From a virus (taxonomy: Duplodnaviria > Heunggongvirae > Uroviricota > Caudoviricetes), in IMG/VR virus record IMGVR_UViG_2706794693_000007: DNA of 39,432 bases; one strand, given 5' to 3'. Made by a program: the position numbers and the translations under genes. Shown piece by piece: positions 1-7,835 of this stretch (the stretch's first letter is position 1; every line of letters begins with the position of its first letter). The notes under the pieces are model-generated. The model was not told where the DNA came from. It saw nothing but the letters and a program-made list of their open reading frames with translations, and searched no databases.

Positions 1-14
1 TCGGTTTACGGGAA
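1..14. other. Half of a gix-like recombination site (TCGGTTTACGGGAA), truncated by window start
   Basis: Exact reverse complement of the left half of the site at 1306-1331; matches the GGTTTnCnGGAA-type half-site of Gin/Hin/Cin crossover sites as recalled. Confidence 0.5.
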
Positions 15-353
15 ACGGTAAACAGGGCGGCGAATGCCCTGCCATCGGACGGCACCGCCGTTGCCGCGAACAGGCTGGCAAATGCCCACACAATTAATGG
101 TGTTCCCTTTGACGGGACGCAGGATATCACTATCTCATCAGGAACAGTAACCGCCATAAGACTGGGGTCGGTGACCGCACATATGCCCGGAACATGGGAA
201 AGCTGGGATCTGAATCTGGGGGGCGGCAATGTTCTTACCGGAATTAAAGTACAGGATGTCGGTAAGAATACGGCAGATAACGTCGGCGGCGTGTATTACC
301 GGCCGTTGCAGTATCTGTTAAATGGAGCATGGGTGACGGCTGCAAGTATATAA
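1..353 (+). CDS. Tail fibre alternative variable C-terminal segment (S'v-like), 5'-partial, silent in this orientation
   Basis: Frame open from position 2; first ~40 aa ([26 protein letters not shown]...[12 protein letters not shown]) match the minus-strand fibre after its gix site, then diverge; shared C-terminal RPLQ motif. Confidence 0.6.
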   Translation, partial: GLRETVNRAANALPSDGTAVAANRLANAHTINGVPFDGTQDITISSGTVTAIRLGSVTAHMPGTWESWDLNLGGGNVLTGIKVQDVGKNTADNVGGVYYRPLQYLLNGAWVTAASI

Positions 354-384
354 TGATATTCAGAAGGCCTTCCGGCCTTCTTTA

Positions 385-906
385 TTACTGTGGCTGCTCA
401 GGCCATTTAATGGCGTTAAATTCAGCTTCTGTTTTAATGGCGGGTAGTTCCATTTTCTTCACCTGACTGATGTATGCCATCCATTGGGTAAGTGCTGCTC
501 TGTCTTCATCGCTGATGGTGCCCAGTTGTAGCTCCGTTCTCCAGTCATTAATTTTTTCATATGCCTGATTAAGATATGACTGGCGCATTGCTTCCAGTTT
601 TCTTGCGTAGTTAACCGGAATACGGGAGATTATGCCATTATCAAACTTCCAGTTTCCTGAAATATCCGTGCCTTCAGGGAGTTCATCGACCTCAACCACA
701 GAAAACCCCGCAGGATACAGCGCCGAGGCGTCCTGTGATATTGAGCAGATAACGCCGCTGTCAGGTGTTATGCAAAGTTTATATTTTTTGGTGAATAATG
801 GCAGGGATTCGTAGAAATCCTTACCATCTTCACTCTGGAAATACTGAACATTATTACCATATGGCATATTTTCAGGATAATAACGGGTTATATTTTTTAG
901 TTCCAT
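385..906 (-). CDS. Tail fibre assembly protein (Tfa / Mu U-like chaperone)
   Basis: 173 aa; strong RBS AGGAGG upstream of ATG; lies directly downstream of the minus-strand fibre variable part; C-terminal ...KWPEQPQ resembles Tfa family. Confidence 0.75.
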   Translation of the reverse strand: MELKNITRYYPENMPYGNNVQYFQSEDGKDFYESLPLFTKKYKLCITPDSGVICSISQDASALYPAGFSVVEVDELPEGTDISGNWKFDNGIISRIPVNYARKLEAMRQSYLNQAYEKINDWRTELQLGTISDEDRAALTQWMAYISQVKKMELPAIKTEAEFNAIKWPEQPQ

Positions 907-960
907 AAAATCCTCCTGGAAATAAATCTGTTTTAAAATATATTATTTACTGACTATTTA

Positions 961-1537
961 TAACTGAGATACCGTAATCCATGTACCTCCGACTAATTTT
1001 TGCAGGGGTCTGAATGCTATAAAATCGTTTGAAGCATCAACTTTACTGTCAATCTGCAGGCCTGCCATAACATTACCGTACGCAGAGTAATATGCCCCAC
1101 CGTACATTACCTGCCTGTTCTCTGCTCCCAGCCTGATATCCTGGATATATCGGGAATCCGCATCCTGCTGTGTTATACCAGAAGTGATGTTTATGTCCTG
1201 CGTCCCGTCAAAGGGAACCCCATTAATATTTCTTGGGGTGGCGAGTCTATTCGCGGCAACGGCGGTGCCGTCCGATGGCAGAGCATTCGCCGCCCTGTTT
1301 ACCGTTTCCCGTAAACCGACGTTATCGATAAAAGCCCCTTTATCCGGAATGTCTGCGCCGTTCTGCTCCCTGCGCAGGTAACGGTTATCACCTTCGCTTT
1401 TGCTGTAAACATCCAGATTATTACGGGCGGTTCCCTTATTCTCCAGGTCGGCGAGATTCTGATCCTTCGCCAGGGCATTAACGTCAGCGGGACCAAGACT
1501 GTTTTTTGTGGCAAGCGTCCCCAGACCAAGATAACCA
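961..1537 (-). CDS. Tail fibre protein, 3' portion (end of constant part plus variable Sv part); 5' continues at 6894-7275 if the 71-bp overlap is joined
   Basis: Open frame from 1537 to stop at 961-963; translation ...[35 protein letters not shown]...[17 protein letters not shown]; first 71 nt identical to 6894-6964. Confidence 0.75.
1306..1331. other. gix/hix-like 26-bp crossover site (TTCCCGTAAACCGACGTTATCGATAA) inside the tail-fibre gene
   Basis: Two 12-bp imperfect inverted half-sites around a 2-bp core; lies at the constant/variable junction of the fibre gene. Confidence 0.55.
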
Positions 1538-1750
1538 NNNNNNNNNNNNNNNNNNNNNNNNNNNNNNNNNNNNNNNNNNNNNNNNNNNNNNNNNNNNNNN
1601 NNNNNNNNNNNNNNNNNNNNNNNNNNNNNNNNNNNNNNNNNNNNNNNNNNNNNNNNNNNNNNNNNNNNNNNNNNNNNNNNNNNNNNNNNNNNNNNNNNNN
1701 NNNNNNNNNNNNNNNNNNNNNNNNNNNNNNNNNNNNNNNNNNNNNNNNNN
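1538..1750. other. Run of 213 N (unresolved or masked); hides the 5' end of gin
   Basis: N characters in sequence. Confidence 0.95.
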
Positions 1751-2253
1751 GTGCAGGATGTGAGCTGTTTTTCGAAGACAGAATAAGCGGTAAGACAAGG
1801 GAGCGTCCCGGACTTAAACGCGCATTAAAGCGACTCCGGCCAGGGGATACCCTGCTGGTCTGGAAACTGGATCGCCTTGGACGCAGTATGCAGCACCTTG
1901 TCCTTTTAACAGAAGAACTCCGGCAACGCGGCGTTAACTTCCGCAGCATTACGGACAATATTGATACATCCACTCCCATGGGACGTTTCTTTTTCCATAT
2001 AATGGGCGCGCTGGCGGAAATGGAGCGGGAACTCATTATTGAACGTACACGCGCGGGTCTTGCTGCTGCCCGTGCTCAGGGGCGTCATGGCGGCAGACCT
2101 CAGAAACTGACAGAGAAAGAGCGGGAGCAAATCGCCCGTTTGCTGGCTAATGGCGAGTCCCGTAAACAAATCGCACTGATATTTGATATTGGCCTTTCCA
2201 CCCTTTATCGTTATTTTCCTGCCTCACCAGCTCCGTCACCAAAAGTACCGTGA
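1751..2253 (+). CDS. gin: Serine DNA invertase of the Gin/Hin/Cin/Pin family, N-terminal ~24 codons lost in the N-run
   Basis: Translation AGCELFFEDRISGKTRERPGLKRALKRLRPGDTLLVWKLDRLGRSMQHLV...MGRFFFHIMGALAEMERELIIERT...GGRPQKLT closely matches the Gin/Hin resolvase-type catalytic core and C-terminal HTH. Confidence 0.9.
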
Positions 2254-2338
2254 CGCTTTTTTGAATTTCCGCAAAACACATATTTTTCAGCGGTCGCTAT
2301 TCTGACTCTGTTTAATTCAGAAACAGGCAGAAAAGACG

Positions 2339-4393
2339 ATGTCAGACTCCAAGTGGAAAATGCTCTCCGCCATGCCCGGAGAGTTTTCAGTCAAGGTTGC
2401 CGGTGGCACGGTGGCATTTATTGAAAGCCCTTTCCGCCCTTCGGGTAATAAAGGGGGGATCACCTTCGCAGACTGCGTGATCCGCTTCAGCACGAAAGAG
2501 CCATTATGGGTAATGCCGGTATCCGGTAATCCCAGTGCAGAAATCACCAGTTCAGGCGTGACTGGCATCATTCCAATCACATCTGACGTGGCCGGAACGC
2601 TCACGCCCTCCGACTGGAATGCACCGGATAACGCCGGGCCTTCCGGTAGCACGAATGGCAGCAGTTCAGAGCCGGAATATTACTTTGTTGTCATTCTCGC
2701 GGGTCAGTCAAATGGCATGGCCTACGGCGAGGGGCTGCCGTTACCGGATTCGTTTGACCGCCCGGACCCACGCATTAAGCAACTGGCACGCCGCAGTACG
2801 GTAACGCCCAACGGTACGTCGTGTACATACAACGACATCATTCCGGCAGACCACTGCCTGCATGATGTTCAGGATATGAGCGGGATAAACCACCCGAAAG
2901 CTGATCTGGCAAAAGGCCAGTACGGGACTGTCGGTCAGGGGTTGCATATTGCCAAAAAACTGCTTCCCTATATCCCACAGAATGCCGGGATACTTCTGGT
3001 GCCCTGTTGTCGTGGCGGGTCAGCATTCACCACTGGAGCCGACGGCTCATTCAGTGAGGCCAGCGGTGCTTCCGCTGATTCTTCACGCTGGGGGGCCGGT
3101 AAACCTCTGTATCAGGACCTGGTAAGCCGCACCAAAGTCGCGCTGGCGAAAAACCCGAAAAACAAACTTCTGGCTGTGGTCTGGATGCAGGGAGAGGCAG
3201 ACCTTGCCTCAGGAAGCCAGCAGCATAATAGTTTATTCACGGCCATGGTTCAGCAGTTCAGAACTGACCTGGCTCCGCTTGCTGCGCAGTGCGTGAGTGG
3301 AAATGCCACCACGGTGCCGTGGATTTGCGGTGATACCACGTATTACTGGAAAAACGCTGGCACCGATAAATATGAGGCAGTATACGGTGGCTACAAAGGC
3401 AAGGAAGCACAGAAAATTTTCTTTGTACCGTTCCTGACGGATGAGAATGGACAGAGCACGCCAACGAATGCTCCGGCGGAAGACCCGGATATTGTGGCTG
3501 TCGGGTATTACGGTGCAGCATCCCGAACCCAGGGCAGTTTTGTTTCGACACAGCGTGACAGCCATTTCAGCTCATGGGCACGCAGGGGCGTCATTTCAGA
3601 CCGTCTGGCCTCAGCTATTATGCTCCATGCAGGGCGCACGGCTGAACTGATGCGTGGGCAGACCGTGACACCACCGGATGAGAAGCCGTCACCTGATACA
3701 CCATCAAAACCGTCCACGCCACCCGCAGACACCACGACGATGAGTACGCTATTTGCTTACCGGGCATCTGAGTCTGAAGGACGGTTGACACCACAGGGTT
3801 GGGCTGCCGGAGGTGGCAAGGCTCAAATCGTGGATGATGCCGGAGCCAGCGGGGGTAAGGCAATGAAACTGACCAAGGAAACAGGAAGAGCCCCCTGGTA
3901 CCTTGAGCATGATGCTGGTAATGGTGCGGACCTGCTGGGTAAAGGTGGTCTTGTCAGTTGTCGTTTTAAACTCGATGGCGCGCTTACGGCTAATCAGTAC
4001 GCACTGGCGCTGTACTGGCCGGTTTCTGCCCTGCCGCAAGGGGTTACTCTGGAAGGAAATGCCGGTCATAACCTGCTGGCATCGTTCTACGTACAGAGCG
4101 ATGCCACAGACCTTAACGTGATGTATCACAAAGGAAACACGGCGCAGAACACGAAGCTGGGGTCATTCGGCGCATTTAATAACGAATGGCATACGCTGGG
4201 CTTCCGTTTTGCCGGTAACAACAGTATTGAGGTGACGCCGGTCATTGATGGTAAGGACGGGACACCATTCATGCTGTCGCAGTCTCCGGTCGGCACGTTT
4301 ACGGCAGACAAGTTGCGCGTGACCGATATCACTAAAAATGCGACTTACCCGGTACTGATTGACAGTATCGTGGTGGAAGTGAATAACGCGTAA
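2339..4393 (+). CDS. SASA-family (sialate O-acetylesterase-like, NanS-p-like) SGNH hydrolase with N-terminal domain, Pro/Thr-rich linker and C-terminal lectin-like domain
   Basis: 684 aa; motifs YYFVVILAGQSNGMAYGEG (GQSN block) and AVVWMQGEADL (WxQGE(S/A)D block); candidate Asp/His at RDSHFS; linker TPPDEKPSPDTPSKPSTPPADTTT; start codon uncertain (weak RBS). Confidence 0.6.
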   Translation: MSDSKWKMLSAMPGEFSVKVAGGTVAFIESPFRPSGNKGGITFADCVIRFSTKEPLWVMPVSGNPSAEITSSGVTGIIPITSDVAGTLTPSDWNAPDNAGPSGSTNGSSSEPEYYFVVILAGQSNGMAYGEGLPLPDSFDRPDPRIKQLARRSTVTPNGTSCTYNDIIPADHCLHDVQDMSGINHPKADLAKGQYGTVGQGLHIAKKLLPYIPQNAGILLVPCCRGGSAFTTGADGSFSEASGASADSSRWGAGKPLYQDLVSRTKVALAKNPKNKLLAVVWMQGEADLASGSQQHNSLFTAMVQQFRTDLAPLAAQCVSGNATTVPWICGDTTYYWKNAGTDKYEAVYGGYKGKEAQKIFFVPFLTDENGQSTPTNAPAEDPDIVAVGYYGAASRTQGSFVSTQRDSHFSSWARRGVISDRLASAIMLHAGRTAELMRGQTVTPPDEKPSPDTPSKPSTPPADTTTMSTLFAYRASESEGRLTPQGWAAGGGKAQIVDDAGASGGKAMKLTKETGRAPWYLEHDAGNGADLLGKGGLVSCRFKLDGALTANQYALALYWPVSALPQGVTLEGNAGHNLLASFYVQSDATDLNVMYHKGNTAQNTKLGSFGAFNNEWHTLGFRFAGNNSIEVTPVIDGKDGTPFMLSQSPVGTFTADKLRVTDITKNATYPVLIDSIVVEVNNA

Positions 4394-4400
4394 GCAGGAT

Positions 4401-4442
4401 AAAAAAATGCCGCCGGTAAGGGAAAACAAGAAACCGGCGGCA
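4401..4442 (-). terminator. Candidate intrinsic terminator, oriented for the minus strand
   Basis: 9-bp GC-rich stem GCCGCCGGT/ACCGGCGGC with 15-nt loop; run of 7 T follows on the minus strand, only an A-rich tract on the plus strand. Confidence 0.4.
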
Positions 4443-4537
4443 AAAAGATCGTTATATCCAAAGCAAAAAATGCAGTGCACCTTTTTACCTAACAGATATT
4501 ACCGGTGTCAACACCATGTCAATAATTGGGAGGGATA

Positions 4538-4720
4538 ATGACATTTTTACAGCTTATTTTATTGTATTTCTGCACGGCAGTATGTGCGTTATATCTGGTG
4601 AGTGGTGGTTATAAGGCCATCAGAAATTATGTTCGCCGCAAAATTGAGGACGCAGCAGCTGAAAAACTCAGTAAAACAGCGCAGGTAACTCCGCTCCCAA
4701 AAGACCCGACCCAGCCCTGA
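4538..4720 (+). CDS. Small membrane protein (60 aa, one N-terminal TM helix, charged C-terminus), function unknown
   Basis: RBS GGGAGGG 3 nt before ATG at 4538; MTFLQLILLYFCTAVCALYLVSGGYKAIRNY... hydrophobic N-terminus. Confidence 0.5.
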   Translation: MTFLQLILLYFCTAVCALYLVSGGYKAIRNYVRRKIEDAAAEKLSKTAQVTPLPKDPTQP

Positions 4721-4755
4721 TTGCAGGGCTTTATTCCCGCATAAGGAGGATATAC

Positions 4756-5010
4756 ATGCCAGAAATTAAAGGCACCGTCACTGAAGACCTGGTAAAACAG
4801 GCACTGTATTCCGGTGAAGTAAATAAGTTGCTGAAAGCGCAGGTCCGCAAGGATTTTGAGGCACAAATCGACACTTACGTTGATGAAGTGCTGGCAAAAC
4901 TTATTGGGCCAGCAGTTGCGGCCAGTGATGCTGATAATGAGCCGAAAACCGACGCGCAGCCAGAGCAACCAGACCCGGCTCAGCCCGGAACTGACAGTAC
5001 CATGATGTAA
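4756..5010 (+). CDS. Hypothetical 84-aa acidic protein
   Basis: Strong RBS TAAGGAGG 7 nt before ATG; coding-like composition; hairpins downstream. Confidence 0.6.
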   Translation: MPEIKGTVTEDLVKQALYSGEVNKLLKAQVRKDFEAQIDTYVDEVLAKLIGPAVAASDADNEPKTDAQPEQPDPAQPGTDSTMM

Positions 5011-5177
5011 CAATACAAACCGGTGGTGTCCTCTGCCGGTTTGACACTAATGAAAACATCTTTGCCGCTATCCAGCCATATGTAATCGCTGGATAGTATT
5101 TCGTATTCAGAAATATAGCTGCTTATGGAGCAGTCAATCCTGCTTCCCCATCCGGGCAGGCAAATGAACCGGTATCA

Positions 5178-5471
5178 TTAGTCCGATTCACGCTTTTGTA
5201 GAATCGTTCCCAGAATGCTATACAGCTCATTAGCCTGTTGCTCCATCATTGAGACGGAGGCTATACGGTGCAAAGTGATTTCAGGAGGTGGCACACCTCC
5301 ATCTTCTTGCTGTGGAGGAAAAACATAAGATTTAATAAAAAAGTTGAAGCATATGAACTCTCCCGCACTCGAACTGTATTTGCAGGCATCTGAATAATCG
5401 GAAAAATAATCATTATAGATTTCCGCATTTTCAATCATTTTTCGATTTCTCGTCGTTACATGATTGTCCAT
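5178..5471 (-). CDS. Hypothetical 97-aa protein, convergent with the 84-aa gene
   Basis: RBS AAGAGG before ATG at 5471; AT-rich ORF with no recognisable motif. Confidence 0.5.
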   Translation of the reverse strand: MDNHVTTRNRKMIENAEIYNDYFSDYSDACKYSSSAGEFICFNFFIKSYVFPPQQEDGGVPPPEITLHRIASVSMMEQQANELYSILGTILQKRESD

Positions 5472-5594
5472 AGCAGCCTCTTACGCTGGCAATTAACCAA
5501 TTGACTTCTATAAATTAGTTGATTTGTTTGCTTTGCGGTATTCAAATGTACAATCATTCAGCACTTATGCGTTACAGCACCGTTTAAAATTAGT

Positions 5595-5680
5595 GATCAA
5601 ACTCATAAATTTTCGCTAATGACATTTCGTGTTATTTGTTGTATCAATTAAATAAATCAAATCGATCGTTTTTGTCGATC
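5595..5680. promoter_or_regulatory. Upstream regulatory region of com-mom with three GATC (Dam) sites
   Basis: GATC at 5595-5598, 5664-5667, 5677-5680, the last two inside near-direct repeats TCGATCG; Mu mom is known to be controlled through upstream Dam sites. Confidence 0.4.
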
Positions 5681-5727
5681 GATTGAGTGATAAAGATATC
5701 AACAACAAAGCAGGAGGTTATGCGGCC

Positions 5728-5928
5728 ATGTATCGAAACATACGGTGCCGACATTGTAACAAGCTACTGGCACGAGCCAGCTTCAGTTATCTGGAAGTTA
5801 AATGTCCGCGCTGTAAAACCCTCAATCAAATCACATCTCAGAGCGCCACAGAGCACCCCACATACACAAGGAAATCCTGTCGTGGGGAACAGAAAGCAAG
5901 TTACATCCCGTATCATCAGCACGCCTGA
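5728..5928 (+). CDS. com: Com-like zinc-finger translational activator of mom
   Basis: 66 aa; AGGAGG RBS 10 nt upstream; [14 protein letters not shown]...[10 protein letters not shown] with CxxC...CxxC; immediately precedes and overlaps mom as in Mu. Confidence 0.75.
   Translation: MYRNIRCRHCNKLLARASFSYLEVKCPRCKTLNQITSQSATEHPTYTRKSCRGEQKASYIPYHQHA
5856..5887 (+). promoter_or_regulatory. Stem-loop sequestering the putative mom start codon (candidate Com target)
   Basis: CCCCAC (5856-5861) pairs with GTGGGG (5882-5887); the 20-nt loop contains AAGGA; GTG at 5882 is in the mom frame. Confidence 0.45.
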
Positions 5929-6619
5929 ACTTATTCACTATAACGACAATATCGTCGGTTATGGCTCCCGTGAGTTACGGGTTGAGACAATAAGTTGCTG
6001 GCTGGCCCGGCTGGTCGTCGTCAATAAACATTACAGCCATCGTTTCGTAAATAATTCCTACCTTCATCTGGGCATATTTTCAGAACGGGAGCTGGTTGGC
6101 GTAATGCAATGGGGTTATGCCCTTAATCCAAACAATGGTGCACGCGTCGTAACTGGCACGCAGAACCGCGAATATATGGAGCTTAACCGGTTATGGCTGC
6201 ATGACTGTATGCCGAGAAACTCCGAATCAAGGGCAATCAGTTACGCGCTCAAACTAATCAGACAACTTTATCCGCAGGTGCAGTGGGTTCAGTCGTTTGC
6301 AGATGAGCGTTGTGGCTGTCTTGGTGTCGTGTACCAGGCAAGCAATTTTGATTATGTAGGCAGTCATGAAACAACATTCTATGAACTTGATGGCGAGTGG
6401 TATCACGAGATTTGCAAGAATGCAATCAAACGAGGAGGACAGCGAGGTGAACATCTGCGGGCTAATATCGACAGAGCCAGTGTTCATAAATTCCGTCAGT
6501 TTCGTTACATCCGGTTTCTGGACAAGAGAGCCAGAAAACGCCTTAACACAAAGCTATTCAAAGTCCAGCCTTACCCAAAACCACAAACAGTTAAAACTGG
6601 TTTGAAAGAGAGTGAATGA
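5882..6619 (+). CDS. mom: Mom-like DNA adenine modification protein; start assigned to GTG 5882, uncertain
   Basis: Long ORF in the frame overlapping the 3' end of com; com-mom architecture, size about 245 aa; no ATG between com and residue ~130 so a non-ATG start is required. Confidence 0.65.
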   Translation: MGNRKQVTSRIISTPELIHYNDNIVGYGSRELRVETISCWLARLVVVNKHYSHRFVNNSYLHLGIFSERELVGVMQWGYALNPNNGARVVTGTQNREYMELNRLWLHDCMPRNSESRAISYALKLIRQLYPQVQWVQSFADERCGCLGVVYQASNFDYVGSHETTFYELDGEWYHEICKNAIKRGGQRGEHLRANIDRASVHKFRQFRYIRFLDKRARKRLNTKLFKVQPYPKPQTVKTGLKESE

Positions 6620-6664
6620 ACGCTTAAAAACTCATTCTAAAACTCAAAAGAAAAGCGCCGATTT

Positions 6665-6681
6665 AGTATCAAATAAGTTGC
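6665..6681 (+). repeat. Prophage end-like repeat (GTATCAAATAAGTTGCG) just downstream of mom
   Basis: 17-nt near-match to GTATCAAATGAGTTGCC at 38755-38771 and to repeats at 38817 and 38902; preceded by GCCGATTT as at 38767. Confidence 0.45.
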
Positions 6682-6691
6682 GTATCGGCGT

Positions 6692-6893
6692 NNNNNNNNN
6701 NNNNNNNNNNNNNNNNNNNNNNNNNNNNNNNNNNNNNNNNNNNNNNNNNNNNNNNNNNNNNNNNNNNNNNNNNNNNNNNNNNNNNNNNNNNNNNNNNNNN
6801 NNNNNNNNNNNNNNNNNNNNNNNNNNNNNNNNNNNNNNNNNNNNNNNNNNNNNNNNNNNNNNNNNNNNNNNNNNNNNNNNNNNNNNNNNNNNN
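6692..6893. other. Run of 202 N (unresolved or masked)
   Basis: N characters in sequence. Confidence 0.95.
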
Positions 6894-7275
6894 TCGCCAG
6901 GGCATTAACGTCAGCGGGACCAAGACTGTTTTTTGTGGCAAGCGTCCCCAGACCAAGATAACCACGGGCCAGACGCTGGGCCTCCGCACCGGCATCAGCA
7001 ATTTCTTTCAGGTTATTTTTCCGGGAAAAGGCATTCGCAGCGATAATGGCTTTAATGGACAGCGTAAGCTGGTTTAACTGCGCCTTATCCGGCTGAATAC
7101 TGGCTTCAGCCAGAATATTCAGCAGTTCGGCCTGGAGAATATTCAGCCAGTCCTGACCAATCCAGCTGATACCTTTTTGTCCGTCACCTTCGGTAAACCA
7201 GGTGGTGGTATTACTCTGCGCCGGTGCCAGCGCAGGCATATTCGCCACGCCGGAATTATTATCAACATGAAACAT
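6894..7275 (-). CDS. Tail fibre protein, N-terminal constant part (Sc), 3' end runs into N-run
   Basis: ATG at 7275 overlapping upstream stop; MFHVDNNSGVANMPALAPAQ...[24 protein letters not shown]; last 71 nt identical to 1467-1537. Confidence 0.75.
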
Positions 7276-7835
7276 TAAATAGTCTCCTCTTCATGGCTGT
7301 TTGCATAAACGTAAATAAACGTCTGCCATGCAGGCTTATAACGGTTCAGAATACATTCCAGCGCACCGCCTTCATAAATACGCAGCGGCGTGAGAATATC
7401 ATCCAGCACATTCATATTCCGGTAGCCGGTTTCACTGTTAATCGTGACAATACTGACCCACTGCGAATCCGGTGAGGGCTGAATGTCAATCTGATAACCA
7501 AACTCCGCCGCAAACCGGATATAAAATTCACGGTTCAGCGAGGGCTTCATCCGGTATTTATTTCCGGCATAACGCTGTCGCTCCGTGAGGGTGGCTCCGG
7601 CCATATCACACTCGGGAAGCCCGAGATAACGCTCCCAGTCTTCCAGCAGCAGGCGCGACGTGTCAGGGAAACGCTCGGCAAGCAGCTGTTTACCCGTCCA
7701 GGATACACGCGCTGTCGAATGACTGAGGCCCAGACATAATGATGCCAGTACGGATGACGGACGCTTGTCCCATGCCAGCCCGTCAGGCAGTAACTGCAAC
7801 AGGGCGCGCTGATGCGGGGTCAGGGTTACAGCCAT
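7275..7835 (-). CDS. Tail/baseplate protein (Mu gp48-like, P2 gpI-like)
   Basis: 186 aa, position between baseplate J-like gene and tail fibre; overlapping stop/start. Confidence 0.7.
   Translation of the reverse strand: MAVTLTPHQRALLQLLPDGLAWDKRPSSVLASLCLGLSHSTARVSWTGKQLLAERFPDTSRLLLEDWERYLGLPECDMAGATLTERQRYAGNKYRMKPSLNREFYIRFAAEFGYQIDIQPSPDSQWVSIVTINSETGYRNMNVLDDILTPLRIYEGGALECILNRYKPAWQTFIYVYANSHEEETI

Larger units (their letters stand above)
1..1331. other. Gin-type invertible DNA segment carrying alternative tail-fibre C-termini (G-segment analogue); left crossover site coincides with window start
   Basis: Inverted repeat 1-~125 vs ~1195-1320 (first ~70 bp near-identical); hix/gix-like 26-bp site at 1306-1331 and its inverted half at 1-14; fibre variable ORFs on opposite strands. 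Confidence 0.6.

Noticed and set aside
1299-2036. 245-aa minus-strand ORF spanning the first N-run and the gin region
   Set aside because: Antisense to gin and a different frame from the fibre gene; the X stretch is N-derived; composition is Arg/Ser-rich, typical of antisense GC-rich DNA.
4627-5013. 128-aa minus-strand ORF over the small plus-strand genes
   Set aside because: Trp/Cys-rich nonsense-like translation, no RBS; the plus-strand genes have strong RBS.
5687-6619. 310-aa ORF starting upstream of com
   Set aside because: Its first ~65 codons overlap the whole com gene in another frame; the real mom start is most likely the hairpin-sequestered GTG at 5882.
6637-7275. 212-aa ORF called as one protein across the second N-run
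   Set aside because: Only 6894-7275 is real fibre coding sequence; the part after the N-run is a fortuitous open frame. The true continuation matches 1467-1537.
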